NCBI GenBank assembly: GCA_019746485.1
Contig: JAIERW010000001.1
Span: 118,718 to 182,717 of the forward strand
Direction of reading: 5' to 3'
DNA: 64,000 bases
DNA from: Candidatus Babeliales bacterium
Lineage (GTDB): Bacteria > Babelota > Babeliae > Babelales > RVW-14
Below are positions 48,616 through 56,972 of this stretch, piece after piece. The position numbers were made by a program, and so were the translations under genes. The notes below the pieces were generated by a model. It saw nothing but the letters and a program-made list of their open reading frames with translations, had not been told where the DNA came from and ran no database searches. The number at the start of each line of letters is the position of its first letter. Position 1 is the first letter of the stretch.

Positions 48616-49034
48616 AGCTCTTGCTTCATTTTTTGAAGAAGCTGAGACATCAGCTGATAGTACCCAGCAACATGGTCAGCAATTTGTGCTGCAACGTCTT
48701 CTTGGTAGGCGTGCGCCGTCATGTTTCGATCATTAACCGAAGCCAAAAGTTGCTCGTACTGATCTTCATTGATCAAGTAAACGTCCAACGCTTGCTGAAT
48801 AACTTTTTTTGAACTTACCGGTAATTCAATACCATGGCACTCCGCAATAAACTCGCGAATGGTCTTCCAAAACATATCAGTGCAATATTCAAAGCGTTTA
48901 ATCAAAGAATCTCTGAAAAAAACGTAATCTTCGTGAGCTTCTGACGTCTTGCCATGTTTCACCATCGCAAGATGCAAAGTCTTTAATGCCTTCTCAAGCT
49001 GTTCTAATTTTTTTGTTATTTTTTCTTTGCCCAC
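48603..49034 (-). CDS. HEPN ribonuclease toxin (HI0074/HepT-like)
   Basis: RDSLIKRFEYC..MFWK and RNMTAHAY (Rx4HxY). Confidence 0.87.
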   Translation of the reverse strand: MGKEKITKKLEQLEKALKTLHLAMVKHGKTSEAHEDYVFFRDSLIKRFEYCTDMFWKTIREFIAECHGIELPVSSKKVIQQALDVYLINEDQYEQLLASVNDRNMTAHAYQEDVAAQIADHVAGYYQLMSQLLQKMKQELQIF

Positions 49035-49318
49035 AAGACCCCCTCTGTGCGAATATCATTTTTCAAATCATCACCAACATTGTGCACATCAACAACATCA
49101 AAATGGTAAGGCATATTGGAAGCCTCGAGCAGCTCGCGCACTTCGGCAACTGCCAATCGATCAAGCCTTTTGCCAGCATCAAGCGCCAAATCAATGTCTG
49201 AACGGGCATGATGCTGACCAGTCGCTCGAGAGCCAAACAAATAGATGTCTGCCTCCGGGACAAGTGCATGAACAATCGCAATAATTTTTTCTTTGATTTT
49301 TATATCTAATTCTTTCAT
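49016..49318 (-). CDS. Minimal nucleotidyltransferase antitoxin (MntA/HI0073-like)
   Basis: YLFGSRATG....SDIDLALD (GSx10DxD). Confidence 0.9.
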   Translation of the reverse strand: MKELDIKIKEKIIAIVHALVPEADIYLFGSRATGQHHARSDIDLALDAGKRLDRLAVAEVRELLEASNMPYHFDVVDVHNVGDDLKNDIRTEGVLWAKKK

Positions 49319-49324
49319 GCCCTC

Positions 49325-49355
49325 AGCCTATCACAAAAATTGTTGCTTGCAAGCA
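49325..49355 (-). promoter_or_regulatory. Putative toxin-antitoxin promoter with palindromic operator
   Basis: TTGCAA-16 bp-TAGGCT with TG extension; TGCTTGCAAGCA palindrome (49344-49355) covers the -35. Confidence 0.55.
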
Positions 49356-49361
49356 TACTCC

Positions 49362-49471
49362 CTTGGTAAACAAACAGCTTTGTTGTATACTAGCTTTCTT
49401 GATAACAGCTCGCTATACCAACGCAAGCTTTATGAACTTGATGAATTTAGAAAACTTTTTGTGAGCCAAGC
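49362..49471 (+). pseudogene. 110-bp direct repeat, copy 2: detached lpxB 3' fragment
   Basis: Encodes LGKQTALLYTSFLDNSSLYQRKLYELDEFRKLFVSQA; ends 5 bp before the rnhB ATG. Confidence 0.88.
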
Positions 49472-49476
49472 AAACC

Positions 49477-50181
49477 ATGTCGCACCAACAATCAACCAAG
49501 AAAAAGCACCTCTTCCCCAAGCAGTTTTTTGAAAAAGACGCCTGGGAAAACGGCTTGCGCGTGTGCGGTATTGATGAAGCTGGCCGAGGGCCACTAGCTG
49601 GACCGGTGGTTGTAGCCGCTGTTGTTTTGCCAGCCAACACAACGTATAAATTGCTCAAAGACTCTAAAATTATGACAGAAGAAGAGCGCGAGCAGGCCTA
49701 TGCCTGGATTATAAAAAATTGTCTTTTCTCAGTTGCTCAGTCCGACCATCACAGCATTGACGCAATCAATATTTATCAGGCAACGCTGCGCGCCATGCGC
49801 AAAGCATATGTGCAACTGATCAGCATGATGGGCAGCCAGTTTGAAACGCTACGCTACGTGGTGGTAGACGCCATGCCCGTTTTTATGCACGAGCCGTACA
49901 AGCACGCCAATTTAGACTTTCATAACTTTACGTTTGGCGAAAGCTACTCTCGCTCTATTGCCGCTGCATCAATTGTTGCAAAGGTTACCCGCGACCGACT
50001 GATGACAACAACACAAAAACTTTTCCCTGCCTATGCTTTTGATCAACACAAGGGCTATGCAACCAAAGAGCACATTAACACCATAAAAACACACGGGCCC
50101 AGCATTGTACACCGCACCAGTTATTTGTCTAACATTACAAAAAGCAAGCAGGACCATGAGCACCAAAGCCCCCTCTTCTAA
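49477..50181 (+). CDS. rnhB: Ribonuclease HII
   Basis: GIDEAGRGPLAGPVV, DSK, SIAAASIVAKVTRD, HKGYAT, HRTSY. Confidence 0.95.
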   Translation: MSHQQSTKKKHLFPKQFFEKDAWENGLRVCGIDEAGRGPLAGPVVVAAVVLPANTTYKLLKDSKIMTEEEREQAYAWIIKNCLFSVAQSDHHSIDAINIYQATLRAMRKAYVQLISMMGSQFETLRYVVVDAMPVFMHEPYKHANLDFHNFTFGESYSRSIAAASIVAKVTRDRLMTTTQKLFPAYAFDQHKGYATKEHINTIKTHGPSIVHRTSYLSNITKSKQDHEHQSPLF

Positions 50182-50797
50182 AACGCAGGCAAGCACCTAC
50201 AATCATTTTGCAGAAGTAATTCAAAGCAGCCTAGAAACATTTACCGCTCAATGCTGGTCATGGAATTTTTTTCCAAACTTTGGTTCATTGGTACAAGTTG
50301 AAAGCAATGAGCACATAATTTTGGGCTGCGTGGTACAAATACAAACCGGCTCCATGGACCCAATGCGCTATCCCTTTCCCTACCAAAAAACTGAAGAAGA
50401 GCTTTTGGCTGAACAGCCACAAATTTTTGAATTTTTAAAAACAACGTTTGACGTGCAAATTCTTGGCTACGCAGACAAAGACAATCTTGAAAAGGTTTTG
50501 TATGCGCTCCCGCCCAAGCCAAGCAAAATTCACGCATTTGTTAAAGAATGCGCACCGGAACTTTCCGCTCAGTTCCTGAGTAATCCGATCTTTTTACCAA
50601 TGTTGTTTTCTTTTCAGCACAAAATATCTAACCTGGATGAGTTGTTGTTGGCAATATTGCACAACTTAACGACACAAAAGAAACTCACACAGAAGGTATT
50701 TCATGATTTTTGCCAAACATTTTCTCTGTTGTCGGGCAATGATTATAGACGGCTGAAGCTTTTTTTAAAGCGCGTAGAACACATCATCAACAACTAA
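50156..50797 (+). CDS. HAS-barrel-like domain protein
   Basis: FGSLVQV, TGSMDP.R.P, EEEL..EQPQIFEFL.T, LPPKP..IH pattern recalled from this family. Confidence 0.6.
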   Translation: MSTKAPSSKTQASTYNHFAEVIQSSLETFTAQCWSWNFFPNFGSLVQVESNEHIILGCVVQIQTGSMDPMRYPFPYQKTEEELLAEQPQIFEFLKTTFDVQILGYADKDNLEKVLYALPPKPSKIHAFVKECAPELSAQFLSNPIFLPMLFSFQHKISNLDELLLAILHNLTTQKKLTQKVFHDFCQTFSLLSGNDYRRLKLFLKRVEHIINN

Positions 50798-50838
50798 CAG
50801 CTTTTGCCACTATCCCTTTTTTCATAAGGAGTCTCATC

Positions 50839-51483
50839 ATGAACTATTCAACCCGCACCCCTTTCAGCTTTGCACTCATTCTCGCTTTTAGTTTAATATC
50901 GTCAGCACAAGCGTGGCGCGTTGCACACATTGAAAACGAAATGACAACAGAAATATCAATAGAACTCGTACTGAACAACCAATCGATATTCACGCAAACA
51001 ATTCCGGCACATTTGTTTCTCAATAAAGAAACATTTATTGCTGACAGCTCATTGCCAGATACAGAACCATCATCCAGCACCGCACCTTCAACGGCACCAG
51101 CATTACCGTTATCACCATTTCACGGCTCCTCTTCAAGTACCGAGTCATTTGAAGATTACCCAGAAACAACATTCAGATGGCCTTTTTATTTTCCAAGTAT
51201 CACCAATTTACGCGGCGAACTACAACAACTTAGCTTCCCAGCACTACCGCCAAGCTATCTTTTAATAACAACGCCCCTTGGAGCAATTTATTGCGTTGAA
51301 GGTCTCTTTTCAGGCATGCCAGGTTCTTGGTATCACCACACTCCCAGCAATCCAAGAAAACCAGCAAGTACCAAAATTTTGTACTACTCTCGAGGACTTT
51401 CGGGCACCGGCGGCACCCCAGAAAGACCCTGCATTATTTCCATTGGAAAAACTGGGCTTTTAGGTATCAAATCCGGTGATTAA
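50839..51483 (+). CDS. Secreted orphan protein with Ser/Thr/Pro-rich linker
   Basis: AAGGAG RBS; signal ...FALILAFSLISSAQA. Confidence 0.72.
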   Translation: MNYSTRTPFSFALILAFSLISSAQAWRVAHIENEMTTEISIELVLNNQSIFTQTIPAHLFLNKETFIADSSLPDTEPSSSTAPSTAPALPLSPFHGSSSSTESFEDYPETTFRWPFYFPSITNLRGELQQLSFPALPPSYLLITTPLGAIYCVEGLFSGMPGSWYHHTPSNPRKPASTKILYYSRGLSGTGGTPERPCIISIGKTGLLGIKSGD

Positions 51484-51525
51484 TATTTTCATATAGAAAA
51501 TTTAAATAATATTTGCGCGCAGGTA

Positions 51526-51553
51526 TTGATAAAAAACACGAAGGCGCTATATT
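51526..51553 (+). promoter_or_regulatory. Putative sigma70 promoter
   Basis: TTGATA-16 bp-TATATT. Confidence 0.45.
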
Positions 51554-51614
51554 TCTCTTATAACAGCCCACAAGGGCCCGTAATAACAAGAATTGTCCAG
51601 AAAGACTACAAAGC

Positions 51615-51809
51615 ATGAACCGCGTACCAGAAACACATAACACACCCAGCATTTCATACCAGTTCTCTTACGATAACGTTTACGACGAAATCTATGAAAC
51701 GTCGTATGGCACGCATTTTGTCTTTTGCGATGATGAAGAAGAATCAGTCAGCGCTCAAGAAGGCAACCACTTACCGCTGCCTTCTCCAAATTCTATTTTC
51801 CACGCTTAA
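51615..51809 (+). CDS. Possible small acidic protein (64 aa)
   Basis: ATG start downstream of a promoter-like sequence; weak RBS; 17-bp convergent overlap with the MCE gene. Confidence 0.35.
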   Translation: MNRVPETHNTPSISYQFSYDNVYDEIYETSYGTHFVFCDDEEESVSAQEGNHLPLPSPNSIFHA

Positions 51810-53343
51810 AGCCGCCAATTGGCAGCGATCCCAAGAAATACTTTAAATCGTCGTCACCAAAACGCAAGCCACCACCAAAAAATGGGTTTGCATTGTCACG
51901 ACTAATAAAGTCGTCCAGACCAAATGTTGTATAAAGATTATTTAAAAAGAACACACGGTTCAGCCATTTAAGATGTGGACGACCGGCCTCTACACGGTTG
52001 CGGCCTCTAAAGTCGAAGCCTTCAAATGTGGTAATCCAATGGAACTTATCAGTATTAAGCGGCACATTAAAGTCTACGCCGGCACCAAAGGTATTTTCAA
52101 AAAGACCCACACGCAACGCAAGCTTGTTAAAGCGCTTACCAAATTGCAAACCAAATAGCACATCATCTTTTTTCTGTACCGTGCGCTCAACTTGGTCGGC
52201 CCACTCAATTTTTCGTTCTGTTGGAACAGGCAGCTCACTGGCGCGCAAGATAGTACCTTTGTCGTCACGACGCGTAATGAACTCAACCTCACGAGACACA
52301 CTACCACGCTCATCGCCCACCAATTGAATCAGATAGAAATAATCTGAACTTGGTCGCAGCTTAAGCTCCAAATATCCCTTTGAAGTGCTGTGGCGTAACA
52401 TTGTTTCTGAATGCATGTCAATATTGAGCATGAGCGACTGCGTTTTGCCCACATAATTTTTGAAGCCACGAATAGTCTTTTTAAGATCGCCATACGTTTC
52501 GTCTTCATTAATAAGCTTACCAATAACGCCCTTGCCGGTGTTAATTTTGTCGACTACTTCGGTAGCACCTCTAAACGTTCCACGTGCCTCTTCCGCCGTA
52601 TCGCCAAATTTACCAAATGCATCACCAGCCTTTTCACCGGATTCTTTAAATGTTCCAGCAACTTCGTGCACATCTTTGGTAATTTCAGGAATGCTGGTTT
52701 TTAAATGCACCACTGTTTCTCTAAAATCTGAAACAATCATATTTAAATTGTTTTCATTACTCTTCATTGTCCGCTGCAGAATTTCTGAAAAATCTGCCAT
52801 ACGGTCTGAAGCTTTGGCAACCGATTCCAACGTACTACGCAAATTATCTTCGCCCTTGCGTGAAGCAAAGACTGTTTTAAACGACGACGTTATATCTTGA
52901 ATGCCGGTTGCAATATCGCGAAATTGCTCAAGAAGTTCGCCAACTGTCGCTGGCGTTTTGCCCGGCATAGAGAGCGTACTGCCCGGCAATAAAACCCCGG
53001 TGGTGGGGTCCCCCGGATCTATTTCAACATTTTTAGTACCAATCAAACCATCTTGGTTAATCATGGCATAAGAATTTTTTGCCAGTTTATTTTTTTTGTG
53101 AATGCGCAAAACAAACTCAGCCTTGCCGCCAGAGAGCAGGTTAACTTGGTCTATCCAACCAACTTCAACACCAGCAATTCTGACAACAGCTTTTGATACA
53201 ACGCCACCAGCATCATCAAAATATGCTTTGTACTCATTATATTTATCTTTGTTAAAGCGGAACGCTCTGATGTTAATGCTTAAATATAAAAAGATACCAA
53301 TGGCTGCTAAAATGAATAATCCAACACGTGTTTCGGTTCTCAC
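51793..53343 (-). CDS. MlaD/MCE-domain protein with coiled coil and C-terminal beta-rich domain
   Basis: ETRVGLF TM, F.DAGG..SKAVVRIAGVEVG, GLIGTKNVEI.PG, GKGVIGKLINED. Confidence 0.88.
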   Translation of the reverse strand: MRTETRVGLFILAAIGIFLYLSINIRAFRFNKDKYNEYKAYFDDAGGVVSKAVVRIAGVEVGWIDQVNLLSGGKAEFVLRIHKKNKLAKNSYAMINQDGLIGTKNVEIDPGDPTTGVLLPGSTLSMPGKTPATVGELLEQFRDIATGIQDITSSFKTVFASRKGEDNLRSTLESVAKASDRMADFSEILQRTMKSNENNLNMIVSDFRETVVHLKTSIPEITKDVHEVAGTFKESGEKAGDAFGKFGDTAEEARGTFRGATEVVDKINTGKGVIGKLINEDETYGDLKKTIRGFKNYVGKTQSLMLNIDMHSETMLRHSTSKGYLELKLRPSSDYFYLIQLVGDERGSVSREVEFITRRDDKGTILRASELPVPTERKIEWADQVERTVQKKDDVLFGLQFGKRFNKLALRVGLFENTFGAGVDFNVPLNTDKFHWITTFEGFDFRGRNRVEAGRPHLKWLNRVFFLNNLYTTFGLDDFISRDNANPFFGGGLRFGDDDLKYFLGSLPIGGFKRGK

Positions 53344-53373
53344 GAGGGTACCCTACGTTATAATGAGTATTTT

Positions 53374-54537
53374 TTAGAGCCAGTATGATCTGACAATTCT
53401 GAAAGATTTTTGAGGCTGAGCAGGAGCTTTTTTGTCGGGCTCTGGCTGCTGCTTGGTATCAGCGTGTTTTTCATCGTTTGAATTTTTCTGCTCTACTTTT
53501 TTTTCCTCTTCTTGCACAATTGCCAGCAACTGTTGCTCAACATTGCCAACTTTTCCATAACATAACACAGAATATACTTTTGGCCCAAATTGTTTAGAAA
53601 AAATATCTTTCACATCAGAAAGAAACTTGGGCTTATCTCCGTAAATGGGCTCTAAATGCTGCCAATTACCATCAACATTTTGCCCCCAGTTTTCTGTAAA
53701 CTCACTCACCACCTTCTTAAATTTTTCGGCCAGAGTCTGAGCATCGTCTGCCATGGGCCTACGAATGCCCAAAATGGCACACAACGCATCTGAAAGAAAA
53801 AGCAGCTCAACTTCTGCTGCCGGTGTCCATAGCGTAAAAATATCTTGGAGTGCAAGGTCAAGATTTGGTGTATTTTTCTCTCCTTTTGCCCGTGCAAGGC
53901 GAGGCGGCTTATAAAAAGCATCAAGCTGTGTAAAGTCTGCAATCTCGCCTAATTCAGAAATATCGTCCAACTTGCGGCGACGCTTTTTCAAAAATTCGTC
54001 CAAGCGCTGCAAAATCTCTCCAGCTGCCAACTTGCCTTTAATTTCTAAACCTTTTAACAAGGTTTGGTACACTGGCTTAAACTCTTGTTTTTCAAAATCG
54101 TACGCTTCGTTAATATTTATTTTGCCATGCTCGCAACAAATACACATCTTAACTTGGCCAGCCATGCCATCGTTCTCTTCTGTCAAATTAATAGTCTGCC
54201 AACGATTTAAGTACGGCAGCACACGCGCTAAAAATTTTTGTTTGGGCGTTTGTGCTTTCTTTTTTTCTTTTGTCTCTTTTTTATCAGCTTCAGGCTCAGC
54301 TACTTGTGACGCTTGCTCATCTTTTTTTGCTTCTTCCTTTTCATCACCAATCGTCAACTTGGTCAGCGCAATGTTAAGCGCACCAAGTACCAACATTTCG
54401 GCACGTTCACGGTCTACCATGGTGCGACTGAAATGCGCACCAACATACACACCGCGCACCAGCTGCTGCGTAAGTACCAGCATAATCGAAATAATAATCA
54501 GCGAAAAAATTAATATGAAACCGGGCTGCTTTTTCAT
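53374..54537 (-). CDS. gspK: Type II secretion minor pseudopilin GspK-like
   Basis: KQPG|FILIFSL prepilin-like start lacking E5; E.GKININ motif; position in operon. Confidence 0.75.
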   Translation of the reverse strand: MKKQPGFILIFSLIIISIMLVLTQQLVRGVYVGAHFSRTMVDRERAEMLVLGALNIALTKLTIGDEKEEAKKDEQASQVAEPEADKKETKEKKKAQTPKQKFLARVLPYLNRWQTINLTEENDGMAGQVKMCICCEHGKININEAYDFEKQEFKPVYQTLLKGLEIKGKLAAGEILQRLDEFLKKRRRKLDDISELGEIADFTQLDAFYKPPRLARAKGEKNTPNLDLALQDIFTLWTPAAEVELLFLSDALCAILGIRRPMADDAQTLAEKFKKVVSEFTENWGQNVDGNWQHLEPIYGDKPKFLSDVKDIFSKQFGPKVYSVLCYGKVGNVEQQLLAIVQEEEKKVEQKNSNDEKHADTKQQPEPDKKAPAQPQKSFRIVRSYWL

Positions 54538-55529
54538 TCATTTACTCCGTGCACGGTACCACCATCAACTTCAACCGGTTCTTTTTTGTCAGCATGCTCT
54601 TGCTTGTCATCTTTTTCATGCTCAGGTTTTTCTTGCGGCGTTGGGTAGGTAAGAATGGGAAACAAAATTTCAAAAGTATCTTCACCACGCATAGTTCGGT
54701 TCCAAAAAGAAATGGTAACTTCTATCCAGCGCGGCACCACCCCCTTGGTAAAAGGCTCTTCACCCCACTTAGTCAACCGCACCTCTTCCTCTTCTTCTTT
54801 TTGCTTTGATGCCGGGCCTTTTTGCTGCTTTGGCTTTCTAAACGTTACGTACGTCACACTCATGTGCTTAATATTGTCGGCCACCACATGCGTTTGAATT
54901 GGCTGCTTTTGCTGCTTTTCATAATCAAAGTCACTAATACGCATCTTAAAATTTTCGATATCGCGCGTCTCTTTGCGCATCAACAGGTATTTGTCATGCC
55001 CATCTTTGCTGTTTTCTTTGTCTTTGACCAGCTCGTACATCACCCGCACAAAACGGACCTTGTGCTCGCCATAAACCTGCAAAGCACCCGTGGTAAGAAA
55101 CGTAAGATTTTTGAATAAATAGCGGCGCTTACCTTGAATTTGAATAAATTGATCTTCGTCGACCGTACCAAAGAAATACTCTTTTAATTTCTCTAATTTT
55201 TTTTCATGAGCTTTCTTTTTATCTTCAGCGCTCATAGCTTTTTCTTTTTCCTGCTCTTCGCGCTTCTTTTGCTTATTCTTTTCGTGGTCCTTATCTTTTT
55301 CAGGAAAAATCTCTTCCTGTGGTTGTGCCACAAATGCCGTCATAATATCGCGCTCAAGCTGATTAAAGAGCAGGCAAACCGTGCGGTTAACGCCCATCAT
55401 CACGCGACTACGCTCAAGATAGTCCATCAAACTTTGGTAACCCTTCATGAGGCCCAAAATCACAAAACTTGAAAGTGAAAGCGCTATGAGCAGCTCCATA
55501 ATTGCAAACGCGCGGCGCTTTGGCATCAT
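54534..55529 (-). CDS. gspJ: Type II secretion minor pseudopilin GspJ-like
   Basis: KRRA|FAIMELLIAL, LERDI, VPRWIEVTI. Confidence 0.72.
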   Translation of the reverse strand: MMPKRRAFAIMELLIALSLSSFVILGLMKGYQSLMDYLERSRVMMGVNRTVCLLFNQLERDIMTAFVAQPQEEIFPEKDKDHEKNKQKKREEQEKEKAMSAEDKKKAHEKKLEKLKEYFFGTVDEDQFIQIQGKRRYLFKNLTFLTTGALQVYGEHKVRFVRVMYELVKDKENSKDGHDKYLLMRKETRDIENFKMRISDFDYEKQQKQPIQTHVVADNIKHMSVTYVTFRKPKQQKGPASKQKEEEEEVRLTKWGEEPFTKGVVPRWIEVTISFWNRTMRGEDTFEILFPILTYPTPQEKPEHEKDDKQEHADKKEPVEVDGGTVHGVNE

Positions 55530-55945
55530 TTGGCGCCCTTCTTCTTTTGCTTTTCTTTCTCTTCTTCAGTTTTTGGCGTAAAGCTTATCATGTCCAGCTG
55601 ACCGCTCATAAATTCACTTTTCCATAAACATTCAGTTTTGAGTAAGTTAAGATCTTGTGCAAACTTGCGCAGTGCCGACTTTTTGCCAAGCTCACTGATT
55701 TCAGTCACAAACGTTGCCGGCGGCTGTTCAACTTTAACTACCAGCTTCTTGCCAGCAGACAGCGGCTTTAAATGCGCACGATAGATATGCCGCTTGGTAA
55801 GAAAAACTTTTTCGATTTGTTCACGATCTTTGATAATGCGATAGAGCGATCTGATTTGCAAGCTTGAAAGAGTGTACATGGTAGTGGCCAAAATACCCAG
55901 CGCCAACACCACTTCAATAAGCGTAAAACCTTGTGAACAGCGCAT
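55526..55945 (-). CDS. gspI: Type II secretion minor pseudopilin GspI-like
   Basis: SQG|FTLIEVVLALGIL; size and position. Confidence 0.72.
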   Translation of the reverse strand: MRCSQGFTLIEVVLALGILATTMYTLSSLQIRSLYRIIKDREQIEKVFLTKRHIYRAHLKPLSAGKKLVVKVEQPPATFVTEISELGKKSALRKFAQDLNLLKTECLWKSEFMSGQLDMISFTPKTEEEKEKQKKKGAK

Positions 55946-55946
55946 A

Positions 55947-56501
55947 TTACTTCTCCGGCTTTACGTGGCCATCCAACAACGTAAACGTACCCAAAAATGG
56001 ATTCATTTTGAGGCTTACCTGCGACACTTTTTTATCTTCCTGACGCGAAAGGTGCAGCAAAACATCTTGCACCAGGCCATCAGAAATAACATAACAAAAA
56101 GCTTCACGGCTTTGAGCAAAGAGCTCACGCTTACCCACAAAAACAGCATTGACCGCAATTTCTGGCGCCACATCGTAACGCGTTTCAAAAAAATCTGATG
56201 CAACTTGGTTATAAATTTTTTTCTGAGGATTTTCTGGATCGGTCCGCTCGTCTTCAACCACCACAAACGTGGTCGTCTCTTTGGTTGCCTTAATGCGCAA
56301 GCGGTGTACGCGCTGGGTGCAGATAGCTTCTTGACGAGCAAAAGAGACGAGATTATTCATCTCGTCTACAATATTTGGCCACTCAATTGAGGGGCTGCGC
56401 CGCATAAGACGCGGAATTGTCATGGTTGCTATTATGCCTATCAGCACAATAACAACCAACATTTCAATCAGCGTAAATGCGTAAGGTTTTTTCATGATCA
56501 A
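55947..56501 (-). CDS. gspH: Type II secretion minor pseudopilin GspH-like
   Basis: KPYA|FTLIEMLVVIVLIGII, FARQEAI. Confidence 0.75.
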   Translation of the reverse strand: MIMKKPYAFTLIEMLVVIVLIGIIATMTIPRLMRRSPSIEWPNIVDEMNNLVSFARQEAICTQRVHRLRIKATKETTTFVVVEDERTDPENPQKKIYNQVASDFFETRYDVAPEIAVNAVFVGKRELFAQSREAFCYVISDGLVQDVLLHLSRQEDKKVSQVSLKMNPFLGTFTLLDGHVKPEK

Positions 56502-56939
56502 TTAAGATCCTGATGCAATCCATTTATTTTGAGGAGTATCTTGACCTTCATCACTGCCGTACGAAAAGACTTCATACGTTTTATATTTGCTCGTAAAAAC
56601 TTGTGGCGGTCTGTTATAAACATAATCGTTGCTCCACGGGTCTTTAGGTACTTCAGTTTGACCTTCAAGATATGGGCCATTCCACTTTGGATTATTGTTT
56701 ATATTTTGAACCAACGCTTGCAGGCCTTCGCGCTGACTTGGCAAAGCGCCCATGTCCATACGATAGTCAGCTAATGCTGCTTTAAATGAAGTAACCATTG
56801 ATTTTGCAGCACTCGTTTGGCCACCAGTCATTAACTTCATAACGTTTGGACCAACCAATGTTGCCAACAAACCAATAATGAACACCACAACCAAAATTTC
56901 GATCATCGAAAATGCACTACTTTTTTTTGCAAAATTCAT
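56502..56939 (-). CDS. gspG: Type II secretion major pseudopilin GspG
   Basis: SSA|FSMIEILVVVFIIGLLA, EGLQALV, KWNGPYL, VPKDPW..DY, SYGSD; GAGG RBS before 56939. Confidence 0.92.
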   Translation of the reverse strand: MNFAKKSSAFSMIEILVVVFIIGLLATLVGPNVMKLMTGGQTSAAKSMVTSFKAALADYRMDMGALPSQREGLQALVQNINNNPKWNGPYLEGQTEVPKDPWSNDYVYNRPPQVFTSKYKTYEVFSYGSDEGQDTPQNKWIASGS

Positions 56940-56972
56940 ACATACCTCGTTATTAAAATAATCATACATTTG

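Noticed and set aside
49293-49532. 79-aa ORF similar to the LpxB C-terminus
   Set aside because: Explained by the 110-bp duplication; its start lies antisense within the MNT gene
53972-54652. 226-aa plus-strand ORF and many other short antisense ORFs
   Set aside because: Shadows of well-supported opposite-strand genes, with no motifs or RBS
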